27,664 nt of DNA from Chlamydiota bacterium (GTDB lineage Bacteria; Chlamydiota; Chlamydiia; Chlamydiales; SM23-39): contig JASFVE010000019.1 in NCBI GenBank assembly GCA_050049995.1, positions 1-27,664 on the forward strand, read 5' to 3'. Under the pieces are notes generated by a model, which saw nothing but the letters and a program-made list of their open reading frames with translations, was not told where the DNA came from and did no database searches. This document shows positions 1 to 8,825 of this stretch, piece by piece. Each line of letters opens with the position of its first letter. Positions within the stretch are counted from its first letter, which is position 1. Position numbers and translations under genes: made by a program.

Positions 1-202
1 AAGTTAAAATTTCAGGATAGGTGTTATTAATAAGCTTGTGATTTCTGGAATACATTTTAATGGTATCTCCTTTAGCAAAAACAAGACACCTTATCCCATC
101 GAACTTCTTTTCAAATATCCATCCTTTTTCAAAAAAAGGCCTTTTTTCCAAAGTAGCTAGCATGGGAGATATCCAATTAGGCTGTGACGCTTTTTGTGTC
201 AT
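1..202 (-). CDS. ligD: ATP-dependent DNA ligase (LigD-type ligase domain), 5' part only; runs off the window edge
   Basis: Manual translation from the ATG at 202 gives MTQKASQPNWISPMLATLEKRPFFEKGWIFEKKFDGIRCLVFAKGDTIKMYSRNHK... It contains PMLA, ligase motif I (KxDG) and YSRN. The start overlaps the upstream stop (ATGA, 199-202). Absent from the supplied ORF track. Confidence 0.9.
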   Translation of the reverse strand, partial: MTQKASQPNWISPMLATLEKRPFFEKGWIFEKKFDGIRCLVFAKGDTIKMYSRNHKLINNTYPEILT

Positions 203-762
203 TTTTTTCCTACTTGTATCTCTTTCATAGACTTGCCGCTTTTTACTGATTTAGTTTGCGACCTTACAGGGTTTTTACGGTTATCTGCTTTCTCATCTTT
301 CATTTTGATCAGCAGCCAATTTTTATCTCGAAAATGCACAAGAGCAAACCCACCTTGAAGTTTTTCTCCTTCTAGCCATACTTCAATATGGCCCTCTTTA
401 AAACACTTTAAAATAGGCTTTTCTTTTAAGTTTTTATACTTACCTCTATCCCACACCATTACAGTTCCAGCTCCATACTCTCCTTCCGGTATGACTCCTT
501 CAAAGTTGGCATATTCTAGGGGATGATCTTCGGTAAGAACGGCTAGCCGTTTTTCTTTGGTAGATAAGGAAGGACCTTTAGGAATAGCCCATGACTTTAA
601 GGTATTTCCAACCTGCAACCGAAAGTCATAATGTAGTCGGGAGGCATCATGCTTTTGGATCACAAATTTTAAACTTTTAGAAGACTTGCCTTTTTTTCCT
701 TTTGGCTCGGTCGTTTTCTTGAAATCCCTTTTTTTTCTATAGGTAGAAAGACTTTTTTCCAT
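199..762 (-). CDS. Stand-alone LigD 3'-phosphoesterase (PE) domain protein
   Basis: Motifs YRKKRDF..T.EP, FVIQKHDASRLHYDFRL, LKSWAIPKGPS, TEDHPLEY..FEG.IP..EYGAG.V.VWD.G. Start moved to the ATG at 762 so the gene does not overlap the upstream ORF. Confidence 0.92.
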   Translation of the reverse strand: MEKSLSTYRKKRDFKKTTEPKGKKGKSSKSLKFVIQKHDASRLHYDFRLQVGNTLKSWAIPKGPSLSTKEKRLAVLTEDHPLEYANFEGVIPEGEYGAGTVMVWDRGKYKNLKEKPILKCFKEGHIEVWLEGEKLQGGFALVHFRDKNWLLIKMKDEKADNRKNPVRSQTKSVKSGKSMKEIQVGKK

Positions 763-763
763 A

Positions 764-1615
764 CTACGTTGCTTTTTTTGATCGGGGAAATTTTTTTCTC
801 TTAAAAATAAGAAGTGCAATTGCTAGAGCAACTAATATAAAAAAGGCTACCATTCTCTCTAAGTTAAGTATTTCTTTAGCATTATCAGATGTTAACTCCA
901 AAGTAGAGAGAAAAATGGTATTGCTATAAAAAATAGACTCTAAAAAACTCCAAATGAAATGAAATCCGAATACAAAATAAAATCCATATAACAAGTAAGA
1001 ATACCCTAAGAGTAGTCCCATAGAAAAAGCGGTAATTGGATAAAAATCGTTCGCATGATACACAAAAACACTTGCATACAGCACAGAAGAAAGGATAACG
1101 GCAACATGAGAAGGAAAAGCTTCTGCTAATTTTTTTAGAGAAAAACTTCTAAATACCAACTCAAAGGCAAATGCGCTTATGAGAGAAGATAGTAAATATA
1201 AAAAAAAGGCTGTAAAAAAAGTTTTTGCAGAAAAATCAATACCAGTAAAAGTGATTATATTAAATAACCAAACAAGTAAAATCACCCCTAGTATACTGAG
1301 AGCTCCCCAAAACACACCTTTGAAAAAAGGTGAGGCCTTTTTCTTGGCAGAAAAAAACTCTATATCTTTCCATTTACTTTTACTTAAGATAAATTCGACA
1401 AAGAAATAGGTCATTAAAGCTATCACAAAAAATACACCCCTGAAAATAAATCTTCCGTAATCCAAGTCTAGAATGGGGTTATACACGCTAAAGGACAGCA
1501 AATGAAAACCACGGTAAAGTGTCTCGTCATAGATAATCTGTGAGCCTCCAATTGTAAAAATAATAAATAAAAGAACTTTTACCACTGGATTAAAAAAATC
1601 AACTACGTGCCGCAT
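764..1615 (-). CDS. CPBP/Abi (type II CAAX protease-like) family membrane protein with degenerate catalytic motifs
   Basis: About 8 hydrophobic segments. FELVFRS corresponds to EExxFRG, SSVLYASV to SSxxFxxxH, and HFIWS to HxxxN. Confidence 0.7.
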   Translation of the reverse strand: MRHVVDFFNPVVKVLLFIIFTIGGSQIIYDETLYRGFHLLSFSVYNPILDLDYGRFIFRGVFFVIALMTYFFVEFILSKSKWKDIEFFSAKKKASPFFKGVFWGALSILGVILLVWLFNIITFTGIDFSAKTFFTAFFLYLLSSLISAFAFELVFRSFSLKKLAEAFPSHVAVILSSVLYASVFVYHANDFYPITAFSMGLLLGYSYLLYGFYFVFGFHFIWSFLESIFYSNTIFLSTLELTSDNAKEILNLERMVAFFILVALAIALLIFKRKKFPRSKKAT

Positions 1616-1737
1616 ATAAAGTATGTATAAAATTTATTTTAAAATAATCATATGATTGATTTAACACAACTCCATAAACATTTACTTTTATTAATTAATT
1701 CATTAAAATACTAACTTATAGAATAACAAAAACAATT

Positions 1738-2115
1738 ATGAAAGAAACAAATTTAAATAAAGAAGTTACCGACTACATTAAAGATGAATTAAATTTTGAA
1801 AGTTTTTCTGTAGAGCTGCCTCTTTATAATCTTTTATTGCTTCCGACTAATTTTTCAGAGCTTTTTTCAAAAAATTGCTTCACCTCTTTTTTCTCTTTTA
1901 GCTTTTCCCCTCAATTACAAATCGAAATTATTGTTGCTGAAAATGCACAGGACCGAGAAAGTGAACCTACAAAGTCAATGAAAAAGCATGAGAAACAAAT
2001 GAAATATTTGCGAAAAATAGAGCATTTTTACTTAATACAAGAATGGTTTAGACAATTCACTGTACAAAGTGAAATCCATACAATTAAAGAGAAGTCCTTT
2101 AGTAGAATTTTTTAA
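1738..2115 (+). CDS. Hypothetical protein
   Basis: 125-aa ATG ORF after an AT-rich intergenic region, with no competing ORF. No recognisable motif. Confidence 0.55.
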   Translation: MKETNLNKEVTDYIKDELNFESFSVELPLYNLLLLPTNFSELFSKNCFTSFFSFSFSPQLQIEIIVAENAQDRESEPTKSMKKHEKQMKYLRKIEHFYLIQEWFRQFTVQSEIHTIKEKSFSRIF

Positions 2116-2118
2116 AAA

Positions 2119-2445
2119 ATGAGCAATATGTCTTTTCAAATAACATCTAATTCACTTACACACAGGATCTTTCGTGGAATGTTTCCAGTTAACTATACAA
2201 ACTTTCCCCATGAAACATTCACAGCTTTTAAAGTTGGCGTAGTTGCCGACGAGCGTTTGTCATTTCTTGTAAAAGCCTTAACTTTTACCCGGCTTTTTGC
2301 AGCTGTTAAAATTAAAGGCGAATACCACATTTTCATTAACTCTTACTCTCTATTTCGGTACTTTCATACGAAAAGAGCTATGCAAATGTTTAAAGCAGCT
2401 CCAATTTCCGGTATTTACTACCCTTTAGCTTCTTTTACTAAGTAA
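2119..2445 (+). CDS. Hypothetical protein
   Basis: 108-aa ORF starting 3 bp after the previous stop. Its 3' end overlaps the convergent TylF gene by 28 nt. Confidence 0.5.
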   Translation: MSNMSFQITSNSLTHRIFRGMFPVNYTNFPHETFTAFKVGVVADERLSFLVKALTFTRLFAAVKIKGEYHIFINSYSLFRYFHTKRAMQMFKAAPISGIYYPLASFTK

Positions 2446-3125
2446 GCCTGGCTTTGATTAGGTAGACCAGGAAGGTTTATGATTTTTTGAGAAGTATTCT
2501 TAAAAAACTCATCACACGCTCTTTTTACTCCTGGAAGAGTATTTTTTTTATTAAAGATTTTAGGATCGCAATAATCATCAATAAGGAGTATCCCATTGTC
2601 AACAAGGCGTGGATAAACGTATTTCAAAGCTATTAAAGTGGATGAGTAAAAGTCCGCATCAAGATGTGCAAAAGAGATTTTATCTGGAAGATTCAAGGGA
2701 AGAGTCTCTTCAAAAAAGCCTTGGCATACTATTGGTTCTTTAACTTCCAGTTTTTTGCAGTTTTCCAGTAAAGTTTCTCGACTTGCTTTGAACCATCCCT
2801 TACCAACCCTTTTATTATCTAGAAAATCACATTTTCTTATATTTTCAGCATTATCCCATAAGTCCTTATCAGATTTTTCAGGAAGACCCTCAAAAGAATC
2901 ATAAACAAAAAGCCTTTTATCAGAGGCGACACTATCTAAAAGCTTTTGCATTAAAATAGCTGTAAACCCTTTATAGCAGCCTAATTCCACTACTTCCCCT
3001 TCAGTCTTTTCTAACAAGACCCGAGATAGTAAATGGTAAAGGTTTAAGAGCTCTGCAAATCCCATCATAGCTCTATTTTTTTCATAGATCTGATAGAAAA
3101 AAGCTAAATCTATATTAGGGTTCAT
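2418..3125 (-). CDS. TylF/MycF/NovP-family O-methyltransferase
   Basis: Motifs GEVVELGCYKG, VYDSFEGLP, GFFEETLP, ISFAHLDADFYSST, LIDDY, GVKRACDEF. Confidence 0.9.
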   Translation of the reverse strand: MNPNIDLAFFYQIYEKNRAMMGFAELLNLYHLLSRVLLEKTEGEVVELGCYKGFTAILMQKLLDSVASDKRLFVYDSFEGLPEKSDKDLWDNAENIRKCDFLDNKRVGKGWFKASRETLLENCKKLEVKEPIVCQGFFEETLPLNLPDKISFAHLDADFYSSTLIALKYVYPRLVDNGILLIDDYCDPKIFNKKNTLPGVKRACDEFFKNTSQKIINLPGLPNQSQAYLVKEAKG

Positions 3126-3143
3126 AAAAAGACTGGGGTAGAA

Positions 3144-3163
3144 AGGGCAGTTAAACCTGCCCT
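3144..3163 (-). terminator. GC-rich hairpin just downstream of the S10 peptidase gene; possible intrinsic terminator or mRNA-processing stem
   Basis: AGGGCAG-ttaaac-CTGCCCT is a perfect 7-bp stem. Only a short U-run follows on the minus strand. Confidence 0.45.
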
Positions 3164-3169
3164 AAAAAA

Positions 3170-4603
3170 TTAATTGTAAAACTTTTCTAGATCTTTTCTA
3201 AGTTCTTTTCTCGTCGATAAGTCTAAGTACATCATATGACCTCCGATGTAATTTTTCATAGAGATGTTTTCCCTCATTTCTTCAGGAAGGTCAAGTTGTT
3301 GAAAAATATATTCATTATTAAAAAAAGGAGTAGCAAGATCGTAATAACCATTTATAACAAAAACCTTAAGCTCAGGATTGACCATCATTGCTTGGTGCAA
3401 AAATGGCTTTATATTTAGAAATTTAAAGGAAACAGGGGAAAAGTCCCATAACATATGAGCCTCATTACTAAAAATCTGATAAGGGGCATTCTCCGTGTAT
3501 TGAAGTTCCGTGACTAAATAATCATTCATAAGGCTTGTAAAAATTCCATCATGCTTGAAACTGGGATCAGAAATTAGTGCATCAGGAGCAACTGATAAAC
3601 ACCCTGTATCCCTTGCATCCATTCGTCCAATTGCCTTTTTTTGCTCTTCTAGAAGATACTTGAAAAAGAGAACATCTGAAATTCTACAATTATGAATCAG
3701 ATACTTTTCTTTAGAAATGCCTGTGATTTCATTTAATTGTATAGCCAAGCTCTCTTTTTCCCTTTCAGTTAAATTAGTCCCTTTCATTAAAGCTGGCAAA
3801 TAAACATCAAAAGCGAACCTTCTAGAGTATTTTACCGCCTCTTCTAAAGAAGTAAATGTCTTAGGTAATTGATTATGATACCATGCTGCTGCTGTATAAG
3901 AAGGTAGGAAAAATACATAGGGCAATAGGTTATCTTCAGAAAAAACAAAATTTTTAAAATCAAGCGCGGAGGAAACTAATATTACTCCATTTAGAAAGAT
4001 ACCATGCTCTAAAAGATAGCTAGAAAGTCCCGCTGTTCTTGTACTTCCATAGCTCTCACCAATAATATATTTAGGACTATTCCACCTTTGGTTTTCAGTT
4101 AAATAGTCTCTTATAAATTCTGAAAGATATAGACAGTCTCCTTCTACAGAAAACAGATCCTTTTTAACCTCTTCCGAAAAGCTGCTAAAGCCTGTTCCTA
4201 TTGGATCGACAAATACCAAGTCAGTCACCCCTAAAAGAGTTTCCTCATTATCTAGCAACTCATAAGGGGGCGTAATACGCTGCCCTTCTTCTATAAGCTT
4301 TATCCTTTTAGGTCCAAAAGCTCCTAAATGCAGCCATACAGAGGAAGATCCAGGACCTCCATTGAAAATAAAAGTCACCGGCCTGTGTTCTTCCTGAGTA
4401 TTTAAAGTATAGGAGATAAAAAAAACTTTTCCGATCTCCTTGCCTTCCATGTTTTTTATGGGAAGCTTTCCAGCAGCTGCCTGATAAGGCAACTCTTGCC
4501 CGTTTTGAGTTATAACATGCTCAGTTTTAATGAAGTTCGCATCTTTAGAAAAGACCGCACAACAATAGCAAACCATTAGTAAATAAAATAATTTTTTATT
4601 CAT
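3170..4603 (-). CDS. Peptidase S10 family serine carboxypeptidase, probably exported
   Basis: FNGGPGSSS, DLVFVDPIGTGFS, GESYG (Ser), GYYDLATP (Asp), GGHMMY (His). Signal-peptide-like N-terminus. Confidence 0.92.
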   Translation of the reverse strand: MNKKLFYLLMVCYCCAVFSKDANFIKTEHVITQNGQELPYQAAAGKLPIKNMEGKEIGKVFFISYTLNTQEEHRPVTFIFNGGPGSSSVWLHLGAFGPKRIKLIEEGQRITPPYELLDNEETLLGVTDLVFVDPIGTGFSSFSEEVKKDLFSVEGDCLYLSEFIRDYLTENQRWNSPKYIIGESYGSTRTAGLSSYLLEHGIFLNGVILVSSALDFKNFVFSEDNLLPYVFFLPSYTAAAWYHNQLPKTFTSLEEAVKYSRRFAFDVYLPALMKGTNLTEREKESLAIQLNEITGISKEKYLIHNCRISDVLFFKYLLEEQKKAIGRMDARDTGCLSVAPDALISDPSFKHDGIFTSLMNDYLVTELQYTENAPYQIFSNEAHMLWDFSPVSFKFLNIKPFLHQAMMVNPELKVFVINGYYDLATPFFNNEYIFQQLDLPEEMRENISMKNYIGGHMMYLDLSTRKELRKDLEKFYN

Positions 4604-4732
4604 AGACTCTCCAAATTCGTAATTATGGGCGAAAGAGATTAATAAATATTATTTGTATGTACAAGTTTTTTTTAGAACGTAGTAATAAAGGGAAAGTTGG
4701 AGTATGATAGTTTTTTAATTTATTTTGAGATC

Positions 4733-6211
4733 ATGAATTTTAAAGAAAAATTTTGGCCCATCAAAAGATTTGAGCTAAAAAAGTTTATCCCGCTTCTTTT
4801 GATAAAGTTTTTTATTTCCTTCAACTACGGAATTTTAACCTCTATGAAAGATACTTTCATAGTCACAGCCAAAGGATCAGGAGCTGAGGTAATTCCAGTA
4901 TTAAAAGGTTGGATCGTTTTACCTATCGCATTAGCTGTTACTCTGCTTTATACAAAGCTTAGTAACCACCTAAAAAAGACTACCTTATTTTATAGTATTA
5001 TCCTCACCTTTTTGACGTTTATATTCGTCTATGCCTTCATTCTCTACCCTAATAGAGAGCTTCTCAGCCCTCATGCTAGCGCAGATTGGCTAACCAATGT
5101 TATTGGAACGAAGCACCAACATTGGGTCTCCATCTACAGAAATTGGATGCAGGTATTATTTTTTGTAATGGCTGAGCTTTGGTCAACAGTTGCCATTTTC
5201 TTGCTATTTTGGGGATTTGCTAACCAAATTAACCGTGTCAGTGAAGCTAAAAGGTTTTATACACTTTTTATAGCTGGAGGAGATTTAGCAGCTATAGCCA
5301 CAGGGCCATTAGTTTGGCATTATTCGAAGAAATATATCGGACTTGATTTCACTAATACCCTACAAAGCCTAGCTATTTATATAATTACTTTTGACCTTAT
5401 CATAATGGGACTCTATCGATGGATTACGAAAAATGTACTCACAGACCCTAGGCTTGTTCCTGATGAGAGCCCAGCTTTAAGTAAAACTAAGCTATCCTTA
5501 AAAGAAAGCATCAAGCTCTTAGCTCGGTCAAAATACTTACGATCCATAGCTATGATGGTTGTCGCTTATGGCCTGACTATTAATTTAATTGAAGTTACAT
5601 GGAAGGCCCATTTAAAAATGCAATACCCCAACCCCTCGGACTATCAGTCCTTTATGGCTAATATTACTTCCAGTGTTGGTGTGGTCTCTTTTTTAACTGC
5701 CTTTTTAGCTGGAAGCTCTATTATCCGATTTTTTGGATGGCGCTTTAGTGCTCTTATAACCCCTATTTCACTTGGCTTTACTGGGATTGCCTTTTTAACC
5801 ATGGTTGTTTTCAAAGACAGTTTACCTTTATGGTTTGGGATGACTCCTCTTTTTATGATTGTCTTATTTGGGGCCTTTCAAAATATTTCCACAAAGGTCA
5901 TGAAATATTCTTTCTTTGACCCAACTAAGGAAATTGCCTATATTCCCCTAGATCCAGAATCTAAAGTAAAAGGAAAAGCTGCAATTGACATAGTCGGCTC
6001 AAGATTTGGAAAGTCAGGATCTGCTTGGATTCAAATTCTTTTACTGGAGCTTGTAGGAAATGGATCAGTTTTATCAATAACTTACTTCCTGTTCCCTATC
6101 ATTATCTTGGCAGTTATCAAATGGATTGGATCTATCCGAACGTTAGACAAGCAGTTTAAAAGCCAGAAAACAGAAGAAGAAGCTCCACAAGAAGAACTGG
6201 CTCAGTCTTAA
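4733..6211 (+). CDS. npt: NTT/TLC family nucleotide transporter (Npt1/Npt2-like)
   Basis: FWPI...ELKKF, KD..IV.A..SGAEVIP.LK.W, AELW, LLFWGFANQI....EAKRFY, NLIEVTWK, KYSFFDPTKE.AYIPLD, KGKAAID..G.R.GKSG. ATG at 4733 preferred over the TTG at 4697. Confidence 0.95.
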   Translation: MNFKEKFWPIKRFELKKFIPLLLIKFFISFNYGILTSMKDTFIVTAKGSGAEVIPVLKGWIVLPIALAVTLLYTKLSNHLKKTTLFYSIILTFLTFIFVYAFILYPNRELLSPHASADWLTNVIGTKHQHWVSIYRNWMQVLFFVMAELWSTVAIFLLFWGFANQINRVSEAKRFYTLFIAGGDLAAIATGPLVWHYSKKYIGLDFTNTLQSLAIYIITFDLIIMGLYRWITKNVLTDPRLVPDESPALSKTKLSLKESIKLLARSKYLRSIAMMVVAYGLTINLIEVTWKAHLKMQYPNPSDYQSFMANITSSVGVVSFLTAFLAGSSIIRFFGWRFSALITPISLGFTGIAFLTMVVFKDSLPLWFGMTPLFMIVLFGAFQNISTKVMKYSFFDPTKEIAYIPLDPESKVKGKAAIDIVGSRFGKSGSAWIQILLLELVGNGSVLSITYFLFPIIILAVIKWIGSIRTLDKQFKSQKTEEEAPQEELAQS

Positions 6212-6219
6212 TTCATAGA

Positions 6220-6255
6220 AATATTGGACTTTACAAGTAGGTAAAGTCCAATATT
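6220..6255. terminator. Perfect 15-bp inverted repeat between convergent genes; probable bidirectional terminator
   Basis: AATATTGGACTTTAC-aagtag-GTAAAGTCCAATATT lies between the stops at 6211 and 6258. Confidence 0.7.
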
Positions 6256-6257
6256 AA

Positions 6258-6629
6258 CTAACTACACACCCCAGGGCTTTGCTCCTGATAAATTTTCATA
6301 GCTTCAGCTACTATCGTTTCAAACTCATGAACAAAAAGAGGTTCTTTATCAATCTTTTTCTGTTCTAACAAGCACCCTGCGTTTGTTTGAGCATCAAAAG
6401 AAACTTGCGCTCCATAAAATTCATTAAGTAATTTTTCAAAATGAACAATAGTTTCTTCATATTTTTGCAAAGCTCTTCTTTGAAAATAAGGAAAACATAA
6501 ACACCAACTCTGAGACGTGGTTTTCAAATTCGTCTGATCTACTACTACAACATCTCCATCATTGCAGCAATTCGACCCAGAAACATGTAACTGTATTTGA
6601 GGAATAGAACTTGGAATAGAATTTGCCAT
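6258..6629 (-). CDS. Hypothetical protein (Ser/Pro-rich N-terminus with Cys pairs); candidate effector
   Basis: 123-aa ATG ORF with GAGG upstream on the minus strand. No family recognised. Confidence 0.65.
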   Translation of the reverse strand: MANSIPSSIPQIQLHVSGSNCCNDGDVVVVDQTNLKTTSQSWCLCFPYFQRRALQKYEETIVHFEKLLNEFYGAQVSFDAQTNAGCLLEQKKIDKEPLFVHEFETIVAEAMKIYQEQSPGVCS

Positions 6630-6704
6630 AATTTACCTCAGGATAACAACAAATTCCATTATTAATTTTTAATAAAAATTGTGTAAAGATTTTTTTTAAA
6701 GCCT

Positions 6705-7670
6705 TTATAGATACTTAGAAATGATAGAGTTGTAAAAATATTGAAATGACCCATTTTCATGCTCTACAAAAACATTATCTGTATCGAAAGTAAGGGAACG
6801 GATTTTGCTGGATATTCCTGCATATCGAATGCTAGGCAACTCACCTGAAAATTCTATAACGGGCCAGTTGGCGCTTTCAAAAACTTGTTTTTCTGTTTGC
6901 TTAAACACAACCTGTTCAGGTAAGCAGAAATACACTGGCATAAAAAATTTATGGTAAATAATCTTATCAAAACTTTCTGGGTATTGTATTATTATTTCCT
7001 CTCCTTCCACCGAGAAGGTTTTAATTTTCTCAAGACTGAAAAAAATATTCACAAAGCTATCTAGTTTTTGCTTAATGACCTCATTTTTCTTAGTTTGTGC
7101 TAAATAAAAAAATATCGATTTTAGGAATTTTTTGTACTCGCTTTTTTCCAAGGTAAATCTTTTAGAAGAACTTGAATCATCTCCCTTACTAGTTTTAAAG
7201 CTATTTACATCTACAACAAAGCTTTTAAACCAGTCTCCCCATGATTTCAACCAATCTCCCCAACTTTCCCTTACCTGGACAGGAGCTGCATTAAGCTCAT
7301 TTTCACGCTTCAGGTCTTCTATTTTTTGATTTAGCTCTAAAGATGTTTTACAACACTTTTGTTGAAGACTTTTTAACTCTTCAACTTGTGAGCTAAGCAA
7401 TGCTATTTCTTTAGAATTCCACTTCCAAATTATGAGCCTGAAAACATACGTTATTAAGTAAATTACCCCTTTTTGTTCTTCTTTTTGAAAAGGGTTTATT
7501 GATAATAAACGATTATTCAACCGATCGATACTGCCAAGGCAAAAAGCGTTAATTGAGGCTAATGCTATTTTTTGCGTTTTACACTCAGCAACACTATTAG
7601 AGCTCAAAGCCATTGTCTTACAGCTATTTACGCTCTGGCCGAATCTGGTTATTACTTGTAAATCAATCAT
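6705..7670 (-). CDS. Hypothetical protein with a coiled-coil segment
   Basis: 321-aa ORF with a heptad-like stretch LSSQVEELKSLQQ...LNQKIEDLKRENE and a tandem SWGDWLKSWGDWFKS. Confidence 0.75.
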   Translation of the reverse strand: MIDLQVITRFGQSVNSCKTMALSSNSVAECKTQKIALASINAFCLGSIDRLNNRLLSINPFQKEEQKGVIYLITYVFRLIIWKWNSKEIALLSSQVEELKSLQQKCCKTSLELNQKIEDLKRENELNAAPVQVRESWGDWLKSWGDWFKSFVVDVNSFKTSKGDDSSSSKRFTLEKSEYKKFLKSIFFYLAQTKKNEVIKQKLDSFVNIFFSLEKIKTFSVEGEEIIIQYPESFDKIIYHKFFMPVYFCLPEQVVFKQTEKQVFESANWPVIEFSGELPSIRYAGISSKIRSLTFDTDNVFVEHENGSFQYFYNSIISKYL

Positions 7671-7772
7671 GATGTATGTTTGTTATTAAATATAATGCAT
7701 TTTATCAAAAATATATTAATTTTTCATTAAGTTAATTTGTTATTAATTTTAGAAGTAAATAAAGAAATAATT

Positions 7773-8732
7773 TTAAAAAGAGCTTTCAATCCAGCTCATC
7801 AGCACTTGATCCATCCAATGGAACCTTCTCCTTCCTAGATAACCCATATGACCTCCTTTATTAGTTTTGTAGAGGTTTATGTTATCCGGCAGTATGACAC
7901 CATCCAAGGTAGTTGAACAGATAATGGGATCATCTTTAGAAAAGAGAATTTCACAAGGTATGGTGATATTTGGAATTATTTTATAGGAACTGCTTTTTTG
8001 CCTATAGTCTTCTGCATCATTAAAGCCGCACTGCGGGGCTACATAATCATTTTCAAAATCAGTAAAGCGCATATTACGAGGAAAGTGAAATGGTTCCAGA
8101 TCAGGGAAAGTACGGTGCCTAAAGGAAATATCAGCCCTAAGGTGCCTCATAAAATACAACTCATAGATTCTATTTTTACGCATTGAAAGAAGCTCTGCAC
8201 TAGAAGAAAGATCAATCGGTGGGTTAAGAGCTATTACCTTTTGTAAAAATTGTCCAGCTTTTTCTTGTAGTTCTGCAGCTAATTTTAATACGATATTGCC
8301 GCTCATGGAAAAACCCATTAAAACCATAGGAGAAGATGGCGTTTCTAACTGCAATGCTTTTAATATCTCCAGTACATCATCACTTACTCCGGAGTGATAA
8401 ATATTCTTGGCAAGTCCTTTACCTGAACCACATCCCCTCAAGTTTAATCGTATTGCCCTGATTCCTCTTTTTTCCAATAGTTTCGTCATTCTTACTAAAT
8501 AGGGTGATCGATGAGAGCCACAGAGACCATGTATCATAATGACAGTAGGATCTGTCTTTTTCCAGTCTTCAGGCGTTGTTACCTCTAAAGCTAATTGATC
8601 ATTATCAGGTAATTGAACTAGCTTGCGAAAGGAAAGGGGTTGTCTATGCAGATGAAATATTGTGCCAATGATTGTTTGCTGGTGCGACCCTGGAAATAAT
8701 GGAAAAGGATCAAAAGGCAGCTCTATTGACAC
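7773..8732 (-). CDS. YheT/ABHD-like alpha/beta-fold hydrolase
   Basis: H.QTI, HGLCGS..SPY, NLRGCG, YHSG...D, GFSMSG nucleophile elbow, DDPII, GGHMGY. GTG start with GGAG RBS. Confidence 0.9.
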   Translation of the reverse strand: MSIELPFDPFPLFPGSHQQTIIGTIFHLHRQPLSFRKLVQLPDNDQLALEVTTPEDWKKTDPTVIMIHGLCGSHRSPYLVRMTKLLEKRGIRAIRLNLRGCGSGKGLAKNIYHSGVSDDVLEILKALQLETPSSPMVLMGFSMSGNIVLKLAAELQEKAGQFLQKVIALNPPIDLSSSAELLSMRKNRIYELYFMRHLRADISFRHRTFPDLEPFHFPRNMRFTDFENDYVAPQCGFNDAEDYRQKSSSYKIIPNITIPCEILFSKDDPIICSTTLDGVILPDNINLYKTNKGGHMGYLGRRRFHWMDQVLMSWIESSF

Positions 8733-8825
8733 GGCAATCTCCCATTTTATTCTTAATTAACCAACCCCTTATTGTTAATTTTTAAATAAAAATATTAATT
8801 AATCAATAATTAATTTTAATGTTAA

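Noticed and set aside
1179..1409. 76-aa plus-strand ORF
   Set aside because: Antisense shadow of the CPBP-like gene; Lys-rich because the real gene is Phe-rich.
3236..3418. 60-aa plus-strand ORF
   Set aside because: Antisense inside the S10 peptidase gene; no motif.
7132..8186. Short plus-strand ORFs 7132-7329 and 7998-8186
   Set aside because: Antisense shadows within longer, better-supported genes.
8296..8320. GFSMSG instead of GxSxGG in the YheT-like hydrolase as a sign of inactivation
   Set aside because: A small residue is tolerated in the nucleophile elbow, and the Ser, Asp and His catalytic residues are all present.
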